From assembly GCA_965235115.1 (NCBI GenBank), contig OZ249448.1, positions 15,686,001 through 15,750,000 on the forward strand: a stretch of DNA of 64,000 bases, written 5' to 3'. A program made the position numbers and the translations under genes. This DNA comes from Laetmonice hystrix. Lineage: Eukaryota. Position 1 is the first letter of the stretch. Every line of letters begins with the position of its first letter. Under the pieces are notes generated by a model. That model was not told the DNA's origin and searched no databases. It saw nothing but the letters and a program-made list of their open reading frames with translations. This document shows, piece by piece, positions 38,300-51,004 of this stretch.

Positions 38300-39420
38300 T
38301 CACAAATTGTGTTTATGAAGTGTTGGTCTGCAGGCCAGAACATCTCCCGACAAACCTGTCGAACCCACAGCCACACTTAGCGCGCTCCCAGAGGGCACTG
38401 GTATACGGAGGTGTTTGGGAATGCAGCCAGCGAGCTGCCTGTAGCCCCTTCCAGTCGGCGTGTGACAAGGTTTAATCCTTACAATAGAAGGGGTTACCTC
38501 CATATTGGCCACTTGTAGGTGGTAGCCTGAGCGTCGATGGGGGGGGGGGGGGGCGGGGTAGCTAACGACATGTGCCCTTGCCACTTTGACTCAGGGGGTA
38601 GAAAATCTCTTTGTTCCGCACTCCCACGATTTGGTAAACCTTTTAAACACTTCTAAAGATTGTTTTTTCCCTGAGGAATGGCAGACTCTGCTGGCAGCCG
38701 ATGGGCATGGTTGGTGGTCATGTTAGGGTTAGTATTCCAATGGAAATGTATTCAGGTCGGCGGAATAGATTTGGTACGGAGAAAAACAGATTGTGTTGAG
38801 AGGTCCAATGGGTTAGTGTGAAGCTGTCAGTGAGACAGACCAGTGTACATATATCGGCTCTCAACTCGTCCCAAGGCCTTCTCAATTAACCCTACACTAT
38901 TGTATGTGTCAGGGACGCTCTGCCGTCCTCGTCACTGTAGGATTCACTACATATGCTGTTACTATGACAACTTGCCGCCTTTAAAAAGCTGCAGTGGAAG
39001 AGGTAATTTCCCGGCGTGACCTCCTGGCCGTGGAGTTGTCTTATGGTGGAAGCTCAAGGTTCATCAGACTACATGGCGCCTACCCCCACACACGGCGTCC
39101 TGGGACCAAACAGATATCAGTATTAATATGCCGGAATGTGCGGTGCTTTCATCTAGAATTGAATGATTTATAGAGCACAACATGATTGGAGGCGGAAGAA
39201 GGAAGTGAAGTGTTCAGTGTATATCATGTTCACAGTCATCTTGCCAGCGTCCACTGCTCTAGGCCAACAATGTTTACCATTTGCCGTCAGTTTCTCCCCA
39301 AAAAGGCCACGTTGAAGACGAGGAGGGGGTTGAGAAATGCTAACCTAGTCACACGGTGACCATGCCCCTGCCCACCCCCCTCCCCGCCCAGTGGAGGATG
39401 ACGGGGATGTACTTGGTGGT
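38300..39420 (+). pseudogene. Possible highly decayed LINE remnant (zinc knuckle plus APE endonuclease-like motifs)
   Basis: Broken-frame motifs in the expected order: KCWSAGQNISRQTC (38318-38359), PYTIVCVRD/GRSAVLV (about 38890-38933), RDLLAVELSYGGSSRFIRLHGAY (from 39015) and GDHAP (39355). Similarity judged by eye only. Confidence 0.3.
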
Positions 39421-40524
39421 CTCCGTCAAGTCACCCTGGCTGATGGAGCCTGGCCGGCCGTCGGCCCGGCGCCTCTCACCGACCTCTCGGCCACTCCCCA
39501 CGTAAAGCCCCCTAACGAAGTAAATTGCCTGACCCTGCTCATCCCGGGGACCTGGCACTGAAGGGTCCATGTTCAGGCCAGGCTCGAGTACCTAATTTGT
39601 AGGGGACATCAAACTGTAAATGGTTGGTAAGGAGGTCGTCGGAACGGTAAGGGAATTTGGAATATATGTGAAGGAAGCAATCGTAGAAGCGGTCTAATTC
39701 CCCAGAGTGCGGGTCAATGCGTTGTTCTGGAGGATGGCCACAAGGGGGTAAAGGGGGGGGGGTGCCTCTGACACGAGAACTGGCATATACAGGAGGAGTT
39801 TGGTAGAAGGTTCTAGGTCAAAGGTACCATTGTTTTGTAGACTACTTCCTGCACATGTATATTAGCCATTGGATCGTTGTCTAGATTGTATCTTTGATCC
39901 ATACTCGTCTGCTTGCTGGACACGCGTCCCCAGGGTGTCATAGCAACGGCATTTTCATTTCGGCATGCCTCATCCGAGATTCGCGATTTAGCTGACACCA
40001 TTTCCGCACTGAAGTCGGAACAGTCAAGGACATAACCAATTCTTTTGATGCGTTTTTCTTTTGTGTTTCCAGTTTGGAGAAGTGAATGTTTGTTGTGTTG
40101 TTGGCGTTAGTCGCGCACACTGCCTTAGTGGCACTGACGTAGACTTAATACAGATTTAAAGCGACCTCCGCCGCAATGCCTCCTCACTTTGCCATATAAG
40201 GTAATGCTGCGCAGCACCACATGATGAATGAATGCCCCCCCCCCCCCCAGAATACACTCAGACAAGGGACACGCTGAGGAGCCCACAAGAAAGGGATCAC
40301 ACCCGACCAATGTCAGATCTGTTCTCTCTCATGTTGAGTCGAGTTACTATATTCGTTCACTATTAAAGGCAAGCGGAATTTTTGAAATTTATGCTTCCCT
40401 ATTAGCGTCAATGAAAACCACAAGTTTAGGGGAGAGAAAAAGACTTGAAGAGGCCTTCTCAGGAATATTTTATGTTCGGCGTATTCCGTGTTGTTCGGAT
40501 GTGTTTCATTTGTCTGTATACTAA

Positions 40525-41136
40525 TGGACGTGATCTTGCGTTGCGATGCTTCCGATTCACCCCTTGCGCGGTCCTACGAGGTCTTCCGAGGAAAAAAATC
40601 CAAATCGGGAATACACGCAAGCATTTTAAGTGAATCACGCATTACGAGAGTTCACGAGTGTTCCGAGGGCTTGAGACGTCTTACGAGTGCCAGAGCGATC
40701 TCGGGACCTCCTTATACGAGCAGATAAAAAATGTTAGCTATTATCGGAAGAGTGCATAGTGCGCGTGGCCTCGCGTAAGATATCGGAAGATGCATAAAGA
40801 GTTCGTAAGCACTCGGAAGAGCGCGGAAGGTCTAAAGCGAACCCAAAAACTTCTTCCATTTCTTGTTCCTCATCTTTGGCCAAAAAGGCGAAGGTGAGGG
40901 CAATTAGTGCGACCTCCTCGGGCTCCATTTTTATGTCCTCTGGCAATCGGAGGAGCTCTCAAGACCCTACAAGTGGATTATGCTTTTCGATTTTCTTACG
41001 AATGCTTACGCGGGTTACGCAAGCCTACGATTCCTTACGTGGCCTTACGAGCACTTTTACGTACTTCCAAAGCTTCCGAGAGAGAAAAGAATCGTAGACG
41101 CGCGGAAGCAATCGCAACGCAAGTGGATCACGTCCA
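40525..41136 (-). mobile_element. Internally deleted PIF/Harbinger element (612 bp) retaining a putative transposase 5' end
   Basis: TIRs TGGACGTGATC---TTGCGTTGCGAT-GCTTCCG and reverse-complement TGGACGTGATCCACTTGCGTTGCGATTGCTTCCG. Flanks are TAA/TAG. The minus strand reads MEPEEVALIALTFAFLAK from 40928, with FWVR at 40848-40837 after a frameshift. TTACGA/CTTCCGA subterminal motifs are dense. Confidence 0.75.
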
Positions 41137-41661
41137 TAGACAGTAAATAAACCGTGCTACAGAGCTCTACCTTTCTCCTTCCTGCACCTCAGCTGTGTGT
41201 GTCTATTAGTGCTCCCACCCCTCTCCGCCAACTGGGGGTTGTCTAATTAACGTCTGGTTATTAACGATATAATTAAGTTATACCTTGCCGTCAATGGGAG
41301 GCTTCTGGTTAATGGGATACTTATTAACCAGAGACTCTTATACATTCATATTGAAGTTAACAGGCCCCAGATCACCCAAGGCTTTCTTCTAAGGTTGGCA
41401 GGCCTGGACCTTCACAGGAGTGTCTTGAAGTGGCTCCAATTTAATTAAGGCGTAATCCATCTAATATGTCAGATTCTTGCACACAAAGCCACACCGAAGT
41501 GTATGTGGTCGAATCTTGTTTTCACTGTTTGTAATCGATGGTTGTGTACATCTTGTGTTGTGGCCTGTAGCCTCTGTTGTACGGTGGTATCGATGAGTAG
41601 ACCTGAAAACCGTGTGATTGACAGCTGTCACTCATACTTTGATCCTCTTTCTCGTCCACAG

Positions 41662-41720
41662 ATACGTCTTCACCATCGTCAGTTACCTCATCGGTGTCTT
41701 TGTTTTTGCCACAATAGTTG
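41662..41720 (+). CDS. CNG channel exon B (59 nt): S6 helix
   Basis: CTTTCTCGTCCACAG| then (E)YVFTIVSYLIGVFVFATIV(G), then |GTAAGT; phase 2 in, phase 1 out. Confidence 0.95.
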
Positions 41721-42015
41721 GTAAGTTTCTTTGGCGTCAATGGCTATCACTTATGACAAACAGAGACACAAATACAACAAGAAATACAAGGGTTATCTTT
41801 AAGCATATCATTTGAAAATAAAGAACAAGAAGTCCACGAATTTTCCGTATGAATTAAGTGTTTTAATCACTCGATTGAGATTCACTGGTGGGTAATCCGC
41901 ATTGAGTATGTGATTACCAAAATCTCATTGTTTCTAGATATGTATTTTTTAATGATACATTCACCTTTTAAGAACATTTAATTAAAACAATATAATCTTG
42001 GTTTTTTTGTTACAG

Positions 42016-42077
42016 GGCAGGTCGGTAATGTGATAACCAACCGTAATGCCAGTCGACAGGAATTTGAAAGGCTTTTG
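42016..42077 (+). CDS. CNG channel exon C (62 nt): S6 end and C-linker start
   Basis: TTTTTTTGTTACAG| then (G)QVGNVITNRNASRQEFERLL, then |GTGAGT; phase 1 in, phase 0 out. Confidence 0.95.
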
Positions 42078-44817
42078 GTGAGTACATTATCGTATATATG
42101 AGTGCTTAAATCTTTAATACATGCCCGGTTACAGAAATATTGTGGACACCCATGATGAAACAAGATTGAAGAACGGTGAAATAGATCGATCGAGGATCGC
42201 TTTGTTCATCTCTTCGTCTACAATTAATGAACAGTGCACCTTCATAGTAGGAAGGGAACAAAGAAGATATTTCTATTGTTGGTGAGGTATCATACTTGGC
42301 CATTCCAACAGAGCACAGGTGTATTTTGTTTAAAGTAACTCTGCCTCCGAGAGTTGCGACACCTGAGACACGCTGTAAGCCTTTAGTGTTTCCCTGCGTG
42401 AGGTAGAATTAACTTTAACACTCACATGCAACATCGGCCTCATATCAGGCGGGAGACCGAAGAACACACCTGCAAAGCCCCACCGGAAAGTGTACAGATT
42501 AGACCAAGTATCTAATTTCAGAGTTTAATTCCCCCCAGGGATGCCTTTAACTGGCTAGGATGGTGAACACTATAGCTATAGATTTGGGATTCTCTTGGCA
42601 TGTCTATGCATCCACTCAGACAATTTGTTTTTATTGGTGAAACAGCCGCCTGTACTTTAACCATGAATTAACCGATCATGGAACTGGATCCAAAATAACT
42701 TCAGAAGAAGCCGTTCTAGGAAGAGCACGATCACGTGACACCGAGTTCTAGGAACATGGCCCTATGATGAGGTTCTGATTGTTGTGTTCAAACAGTCGGA
42801 CGCTAAGTTGCGATCACAGAGCAAGTGTTGATGAGAACAGGAGACGCCCAGTGTTGCCGTTACTGAGGGAGAATCTTGACATTTAGCGGTACACTGGGAG
42901 GATATTTATGTCATTGTTAACTCTCATGTTGGCCAGTAAGCAGGATCTGCCACGTCTTGTGGTCATTGAGGACGTTATAATTGACGACGCCGGGAACGTA
43001 TCTTGACAGACGTCATCTCTAGGTCGGTGAACAAATACCAGAATACAGGGTTACTAAAAGGTTTGAGCCTTTGTCAGAGCAGATCGATATAGTCACGCTC
43101 CTCTTTTATGTAGCAGCCGCCAGGGAAAGATCAGAGCTGGCGACAAAATGCACATCAAGGGCAGGAGAGGACAAAAAACTAACAAAAGTTACTCGCCTGG
43201 TGAAATAACCCTAGGTTGGTTAAATGTAACTGATGTCTGTTTATTTATAGTAATAAGTCAAACTGTGACATTGACACAATGTTGAGCTGTCACCTACATA
43301 CCTGTAATATTTCTCCCACTTTATTGTGTGCCAACTTTACCCACTTCAAAGCAAGTTTTTAGATGTTTGTACCGGCTCATAATTTTGTTACTTGAATGTC
43401 CTTCTGGAAGTCTTGTTGCATTTGTTTATTATTGCCATAACCATGAGACTCAATACGTCCAGGGTCCCAGGTTAGACCAGAAACACTTTTGTAATTTTGT
43501 GAGGTGTTATTTTGACTTTTTCTTTTAAAAAATTTCTCGACATTACCTCTCTGGGACCCTCAATTCTGAACATTAGACCCAATCCCCAAAATGCTCGATA
43601 TGCATCGAATAGTATCTGTGAATTCAAAATACCTTTTCTTTTCAAACAATAACTTAAAGATTGTTTTGGCTGAAGCTAAAAGAACCCATTAGGTAGTTGA
43701 GGACAGCACATACATCTAAAAGCATCCAGAGGAGAAACACTATAATCGCCATTTAGCTGACAGCAACGTCACACAAAACATGATTATATTTGGTATTTTA
43801 TGCTGAGAGCGTCATAGGTTACTTTGAAGTGCTCAAGGCTCGCTGGAAAATGTGATGACTTTACTTGAGTTCGCCAGTCGCTCTGTAATTCGAAAAGAAC
43901 ACAAGTTACATACAGGTAAGGTTGCAATATTACAAAACACCATTTAGAGTCATTTCTAGATCTTATCTTAAAAATTTCCGTTGGATGAAAACGATATGAG
44001 GCGTGTTATTTCGCATTAAATAATGAGGAAATAATCCAAGGAAATCATCTCTGAAAACCATGAGAAAATATTCGTAAAAAATTGGTCAAAACGTCTTCAT
44101 CTTGTCATCGTACCCTGCAGCAGTCTCTCGTCTTTGAGGAGTTCCGCGCAATTAACTAATCAAAGCAAGCAACAGAAAAGTTGAAAGGGTAGAGATTTGT
44201 GTTTTCATCCGGTAATCTGCTGGTAATGTTAAGGTGGGGGAAGTCGCTGTCTCGGAGGGTATTATATTCGGACGCAGATAAAGTAATGTCGTTTTGTTGA
44301 GTCCTGCAATTTTACATTTGGAAATGCCATAATTCTGATTAGATAATCGTATCATGGCCACTGATACCTCTCCCCTCCCGTATCATAGAAAGGATTAAAT
44401 TCTTCCAATGGACCTTCCGTTCTATCCGTTAGCCTTCAGACTCGCGCGGATTCTTCATCTGAGGTGTAGCCAACACTAGACGTAAGTGGTAACGGGCCCA
44501 TTCATTAAGTCTTCATGGCAGCCTCAAGTCCCGCCTCACCTCGCCCCACTCAACACCACAGTTATATTTTCTTTATGGCTGTACATGTAGGAGAAGTGCA
44601 AAGGGCACTGATGCCAGTCCGGTCACTGTGAGGGAGGTCCTGGGAATGGGATACGCTTCCTCAGCTGCGTCAGTCTGGTACATGACTAAATGCAGCCACC
44701 ACAAGCAAACAAAGGGGGGGGGGGGGACAGAAAGGAACAGAAAAGAAAGGAAGAAAGAAAAAGAGAATAAAGACTGAAAGGAAATGAAGAAAGTTGAGAT
44801 GATATGACGTGCAGCCT

Positions 44818-46293
44818 GATGTGAGTCCTTTAACTGGAGGAGAAAGAGGCAGTGTGTATATGTTGAGTGTCATGTATACTATGTCCGGATGTGAGTCCTT
44901 TAACTGGAGCAGGGAGGGGCAGTGTGTATATGTTGAGTGTCATGTATACTATGTCCGGATGTGAGTCCTTTAACTGGAGGAGAGAGAGGCAGTGTGTATA
45001 TGTTGAGTGTCATGTATACTATGTCCGGATGTGAGTCCTTTAACTGGAGGAGAGAGAGGCAGTGTGTATATGTTGAGTGTCATGTATACTATGTCCGGAT
45101 GTGAGTCCTTTAACTGGAGGAGAGAGAGGCAGTGTGTATATGTTGAGTGTCATGTATACTATGTCCGGATGTGAGTCCTTTAACTGGAGGAGAGAGAGGC
45201 AGTGTGTATATGTTGAGTGTCATGTATACTATGTCCGGATGTGAGTCCTTTAACTGGAGCAGGGAGGGGCAGTGTGTATATGTTGAGTGTCATGTATACT
45301 ATGTCCGGATGTGAGTCCTTTAACTGGAGGAGAAAGAGGCAGTGTGTATATGTTGAGTGTCATGTATACTATGTCCGGATGTGAGTCCTTTAACTGGAGC
45401 AGGGAGGGGCAGTGTGTATATGTTGAGTGTCATGTATACTATGTCCGGATGTGAGTCCTTTAACTGGAGGAGAAAGAGGCAGTGTGTATATGTTGAGTGT
45501 CATGTATACTATGTCCGGATGTGAGTCCTTTAACTGGAGGAGAGAGAGGCAGTGTGTATATGCTGAGTGTCATGTATACTATGTCCGGATGTGAGTCCTT
45601 TAACTGGAGGAGGAAGAGGCAGTGTGTATATGTTGAGTGTCATGTACACTATGTCCGGATGTGAGTCCTTTAACTGGAGGAGAGAGAGGCAGTGTGTATA
45701 TGTTGAGTGTCATGTATACTATGTCCGGATGTGAGTCCTTTAACTGGAGGAGAGAGAGGCAGTGTGTATATGTTGAGTGTCATGTATACTATGTCCGGAT
45801 GTGAGTCCTTTAACTGGAGGAGAGAGAGGCAGTGTGTATATGTTGAGTGTCATGTATACTATGTCCGGATGTGAGTCCTTTAACTGGAGGAGAGAGAGAG
45901 AGGCAGTGTGTATATGTTGAGTGTCATGTATACTATGTCCGGATGTGAGTCCTTTAACTGGAGGAGGAAGAGGCAGTGTGTATATGTTGAGTGCCATGTA
46001 TACTATGTCCGGATGTGAGTCCTTTAACTGGAGGAGAGAGAGGCAGTGTGTATATGTTGAGTGTCATGTATACTATGTCCGGATGTGAGTCCTTTAACTG
46101 GAGCAGGGAGGGGCAGTGTGTATATGTTGAGTGTCATGTATACTATGTCCGGATGTGAGTCCTTTAACTGGAGGAGGAAGAGGCAGTGTGTATATGTTGA
46201 GTGCCATGTATACTATGTCCGGATGTGAGTCCTTTAACTGGAGGAGAGAGAGGCAGTGGGTATATGTTGAGTGTCATGTATACTATGTCCGGA
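44818..46293. repeat. 70-bp minisatellite, 21 copies
   Basis: Unit GATGTGAGTCCTTTAACTGGAGGAGAGAGAGGCAGTGTGTATATGTTGAGTGTCATGTATACTATGTCCG; variation is almost confined to the purine tract. Confidence 0.98.
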
Positions 46294-47580
46294 GGGGAAG
46301 CACACGCACAGATCAGGAGACTGTCTGGGGGTTCCGCTCACACGGGAGGGGGTACACATCAGACAGGGAACGTGCTGCATTATCCTTGTAATATAACTGG
46401 GCTCTCTCACTCCTTGACGCCTACATCAAGGTATGTCGGGAAGCACCATGGGTTTCACCTGGACAGAACAAGCAGGTTAGCTTACAGACTCGCCGATTCC
46501 ATGCTGTTACAACGTCAAGATACGCCATCTGTAGAAGTTTCAGGTTATGCCATGTTTCCATTGACATACCGTACATTGGTTACACAGGGTGAATTATTTG
46601 TATTTCAATTCAGTGGGTATGAAGGATACAAAAATTGTGTTTGGATTATAAGGCTGAATGGTGGAGGTTACAGAGTTGACTACATGTATATAAATTATTC
46701 ACGTATGATCTAGCTTTCATATAAACCCCACATAGAGGAATGCCAGGTCTCAAGGGTTTTACATATTCCATACCTGTAAACCTTTGACACGTGATCGGTT
46801 AATCCATGGTCCCGAGAGAACGCCAGCTGACGTTGGGGCTGACCCGACGAGTATTTCTCACACAAAATTGAACCATCCAGACCCCTTAACGTTTGCAGGG
46901 CTACTTGATATCATGGGCTAACCCAGTACTCGACATGTATAATAGATGCTTCCCTAATGTAAAGGAACACATTTGTCAGACTCAGCTGACAAGGATACTA
47001 AAATGAAATGGGCGCCCGTTCCTTTAACATCAGATGTCGGGCGATCCTTTGTCATTTTGTATGGTATGGGTAAAGGTTTGGGGCGAGCCATAAACCTGGT
47101 TTATGTGGCATTACTTCTGGGTCTGTCCCATAGTGGCATATTCTAGATTAATTTTTTTGGTTTTACTCGGATTCCTTAACACATGAAGGTGTCCAATAAT
47201 TTGATGTCTGTCTCAGTTTGTGTCAGCCACATCTGTGCAGATTGATCTTATTTTGGTCACTTCTTTTTCCTCGAACTTCCCTTGAGGCAGTCCCAACTCA
47301 TGTCCATGACATATGTCTATGTTTTATAGATTATGGTAGACCCCAATTATTTATCTACTGTTTTTCAGTTCACGAACTTGACTTTCCCAAAAGCAATTGC
47401 TGACATGAGCTATGCATCAATCGAGTATATTGTAAGACGAATATTTATGCAGGCCGGGTTGTATTCGTGACTTGCAGTGACAAAGGTTATGCAGTGACAC
47501 GGTAGCAGTGTCAGCTAACGTTGGACTCTTTCCCTTGAGTTATAAATACGCAGTGCATACAGATGATAAAAACATTCCTG

Positions 47581-49303
47581 GGGGCCGTTGCATAAAATCC
47601 CACTAGTTATGCCATAACAAAGGTTAGCGGGGTCGCGTTTAGTGGGTCCCGTTGAGTTAGTGTGAAAAAGCGTTGCACAACACCCCCTAACGGGATCCCA
47701 CTAAACGCCAAACCCGTTAAATTCATTCCCCGTTAATCATGTTATGGGCCCCCGCACTATAGTGGGAACCCGTTAATAATTCCCGTAAATAAATGCGCGT
47801 GACACAACTGGAGTGAGACACCGAAGAAGAAGCCGAACACACGTATTATCGCTCCCCGCCAGTGTCGTCTGCAAGGTAAGACAAATCATGGTATTTCCTA
47901 GTAATCTTATCCCTTTCGCGAAATCCATTGCTTGGGGAACTACTCACAAGTGTTGTACATAACAAACGTTAGAAACGGAACGCCCAATGCGTATAAGCCT
48001 ACACGTCACGCGAACAAACATGTTATTTTGAAAATACTATTGCGTATATATGGGAGTGTGTATACAAACAGTGCATGGCCGAGTGCAAGTGCACTGAGTG
48101 AACGATTGGTTGACAATGCCGCGCCTCGCAAATGACCAGTGGGCGTCAAATAACTGGATCGAAAAGTAAGATCAGGGGCGCCGAGAATTTTAAAGGGGGG
48201 GGGGGCGAGATAAACTTTTGCCCCCCCCTCCCCCAATGTGAAATTTACCAATGATACCAAAATCATCTCCGTTACATAGTCACCTCCATGACAGAACATT
48301 TTCTTGTGAGCATTTTGGAAGTGCTCCCATACAATTAGCCGTAAGTAAAGAGTAAGAATAGTCGAAATTAATATTAAGCAAATACCAATAAATACATTTT
48401 TATGGATTTGACACATCAACTTTGTGTTGCTTATTTGCAGTTGGAAAAAAAGTTACAAAAACGTATAAAAGTGCGCTACTCGTTTCTATTTTGGAGTCAT
48501 GACATATCCAGTTTTGTGATAAAAAAAAGGCTCCAAGATGCAAAAATTTCTCCATGTCTGCAAATTGCAATTTGCTCCCAAGTTGGAGAATCGCCCATAC
48601 GCCGCTCAGAAAACCCCGCGTTCAGTGTATTTTAGATTGCCGCCCGCGCCCTATGTGTTTCGCCCTTTTAGACATGTGGAAATGTATCTGTACTGTTTTT
48701 ATCAACGATATGTTTTCTCTTTGCGGATTTCAGAGTCAGGCACACATTTTCCGGGGCGTTGTCACAGGTGAACTCACATGGAGGACACGGCTGCAATACT
48801 ACAATTCGCACAATGGTCCATCCGTACCCACTACACATACACGGACGCCAATATGCGATATGTTTACTAATGGTCAATAAATGATTGTTTATTACTTACG
48901 AAGATATTTCATACTTATGTTTTATCTTACCCCGAGTCACCCAATATAACCCTAGCGCCGCCACTGATATCACAAATTAAATGGTTAGATCAATATACAT
49001 ATTACGACGCCCCAATGATTACGATGACCTCATGCAGATACCAAAAAAAAAACCATTTCAGCATTTTGCGGGATTCCCGTTAGTGTTAACCTGCACCTCC
49101 CGAGGTACAGGTTAAAAACATCTCAAAATAGCCCGCGAGGAGCGGTTAACGGGTGCCGGGTCACGCTCGACTGTGCACTTTGCAACACTTGATCACTAGC
49201 GGGGATTCCCACTGAGGTCCCTGCAACACTTTGGCCCGCTAGGGTACCCGTTAGACACTTAACGGGAACCCGTACACATAGCGGCTTTTTATGCAACGGC
49301 CCC
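47581..49303. mobile_element. Non-autonomous PIF/Harbinger DNA transposon (1723 bp) with an intact CTG TSD
   Basis: CTG|GGGGCCGTTGCATAAAA ... TTTTATGCAACGGCCCC|CTG, with at least four CCCGTTA/TAACGGG motifs in each subterminal region. No transposase ORF is evident. Confidence 0.9.
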
Positions 49304-49412
49304 CTGGCGATACAAGATGGGCATATTGTGTTCAGACAAATTGAACCAAAGAACAAATTACCTCAGTGGATGGGGGCATTAAATATGAGAGGTCGGAACT
49401 TACTTCAACAAC

Positions 49413-51004
49413 CGGTGAGGACAGAGGAGGCCATGAACAGTATGGTGTTGTGATGAACTATGACCACAACGTCCGACTTCCTGGTCCATGAGGATGACGA
49501 GGGACTGGCAAGCAGTGAGGACAGAGGAGGCCATGAACAGTATGGTGTTGTGATGAACTATGACCACAACATCCGACTTCCTGGTCCATGAGGATGACGA
49601 GGGACTGGCAAGCAGTGAGGACAGAGGAGGCCATGAACAGTATGATGTTGTGATGAACTATGACCACAACATCCGACTTCCTGGTCCATGAGGATGAAGA
49701 GGGACTGGCAAGCAGTGAGGACAGAGGAGGCCATGAACAGTATGGTGTTGTGATGAACTATGACCACAACATCCGACTTCCTGGTCCATGAGGATGAAGA
49801 GGGACTGGCAAGCGGTGAGGACAGCGGAGGCCATGAACAGTATGGTGTTGTGATGAACTATGACAACATCCGACTTCCTGGTCCATGAGGATGACGAGGG
49901 ACTGGCAAGCGGTGAGGACAGAGGAGGCCATGAACAGTATGGTGTTGTGATGAACTATGACAACATCCGACTTCCTGGTCCATGAGGATGACGAGGGACT
50001 GGCAAGCGGTGAGGACAGAGGAGGCCATGAACAGTATGGTGTTGTGATGAACTATGACCACAACATCCGACTTCCTGGTCCATGAGGATGAAGAGGGACT
50101 GGCAAGCGGTGAGGACAGAGGGGGCCATGAACAGTATGGTGTTGTGATGAACTATGACCATAACATCCGACTTTCTGGTCCATGAGGATGAAGAGGGACT
50201 GGCAAGCGGTGAGGACAGAGGAGGCCATGAACAGTATGGTGTTGTGATGAACTATGACCACAACATCCGACTTCCTGGTCCATGAGGATGAAGAGGGACT
50301 GGCAAGCGGTGAGGACAGAGGAGGCCATGAACAGTATGGTGTTGTGATGAACTATGACCACAACATCCGACTTCCTGGTCCATGAGGATGAAGAGGGACT
50401 GGCAAGCAGTGAGGACAGAGGAGGCCATGAACAGTATGGTGTTGTGATGAACTATGACCACAACATCCGACTTCCTGGTCCATGAGGATGAAGAGGGACT
50501 GGCAAGCAGTGAGGACAGAGGAGGCCATGAACAGTATGGTGTTGTGATGAACTATGACCACAACATCCGACTTCCTGGTCCATGAGGATGAAGAGGGACT
50601 GGCAAGCAGTGAGGACAGAGGAGGCCATGAACAGTATGGTGTTGTGATGAACTATGACCACAACATCCGACTTCCTGGTCCATGAGGATGAAGAGGGACT
50701 GGCAAGCAGTGAGGACAGAGGAGGCCATGAACATGGTGTTGTGATGAACTATGACCACAACATCCGACTTCCTGGTCCATGAGGATGAAGAGGGACTGGC
50801 AAGCGGTGAGGACAGAGGAGGCCATGAACAGTATGGTGTTGTGATGAACTATGACCACAACGTCCGACTTCCTGGTCCATGAGGATGAAGAGGGACTGGC
50901 AAGCGGTGAGGACAGAGGAGGCCATGAACAGTCTGGTGTTGTGATGAACTATGACCACAACTTCCGACTTCCTGGTCCATGAGGATGACGAGGGACTGGC
51001 AAGC
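49413..51004. repeat. 100-bp minisatellite (some 97-bp units), 16 copies
   Basis: Unit GGTGAGGACAGAGGAGGCCATGAACAGTATGGTGTTGTGATGAACTATGACCACAACATCCGACTTCCTGGTCCATGAGGATGAAGAGGGACTGGCAAGC. It starts about 110 bp after the Harbinger right TIR. Confidence 0.98.

Noticed and set aside
49413-51004. Stacks of about 69-aa ORFs and an acidic HEDEEGLASGEDRGG frame in the 100-bp array
   Set aside because: A unit length not divisible by 3 cycles through frames. There is no recognisable homology.
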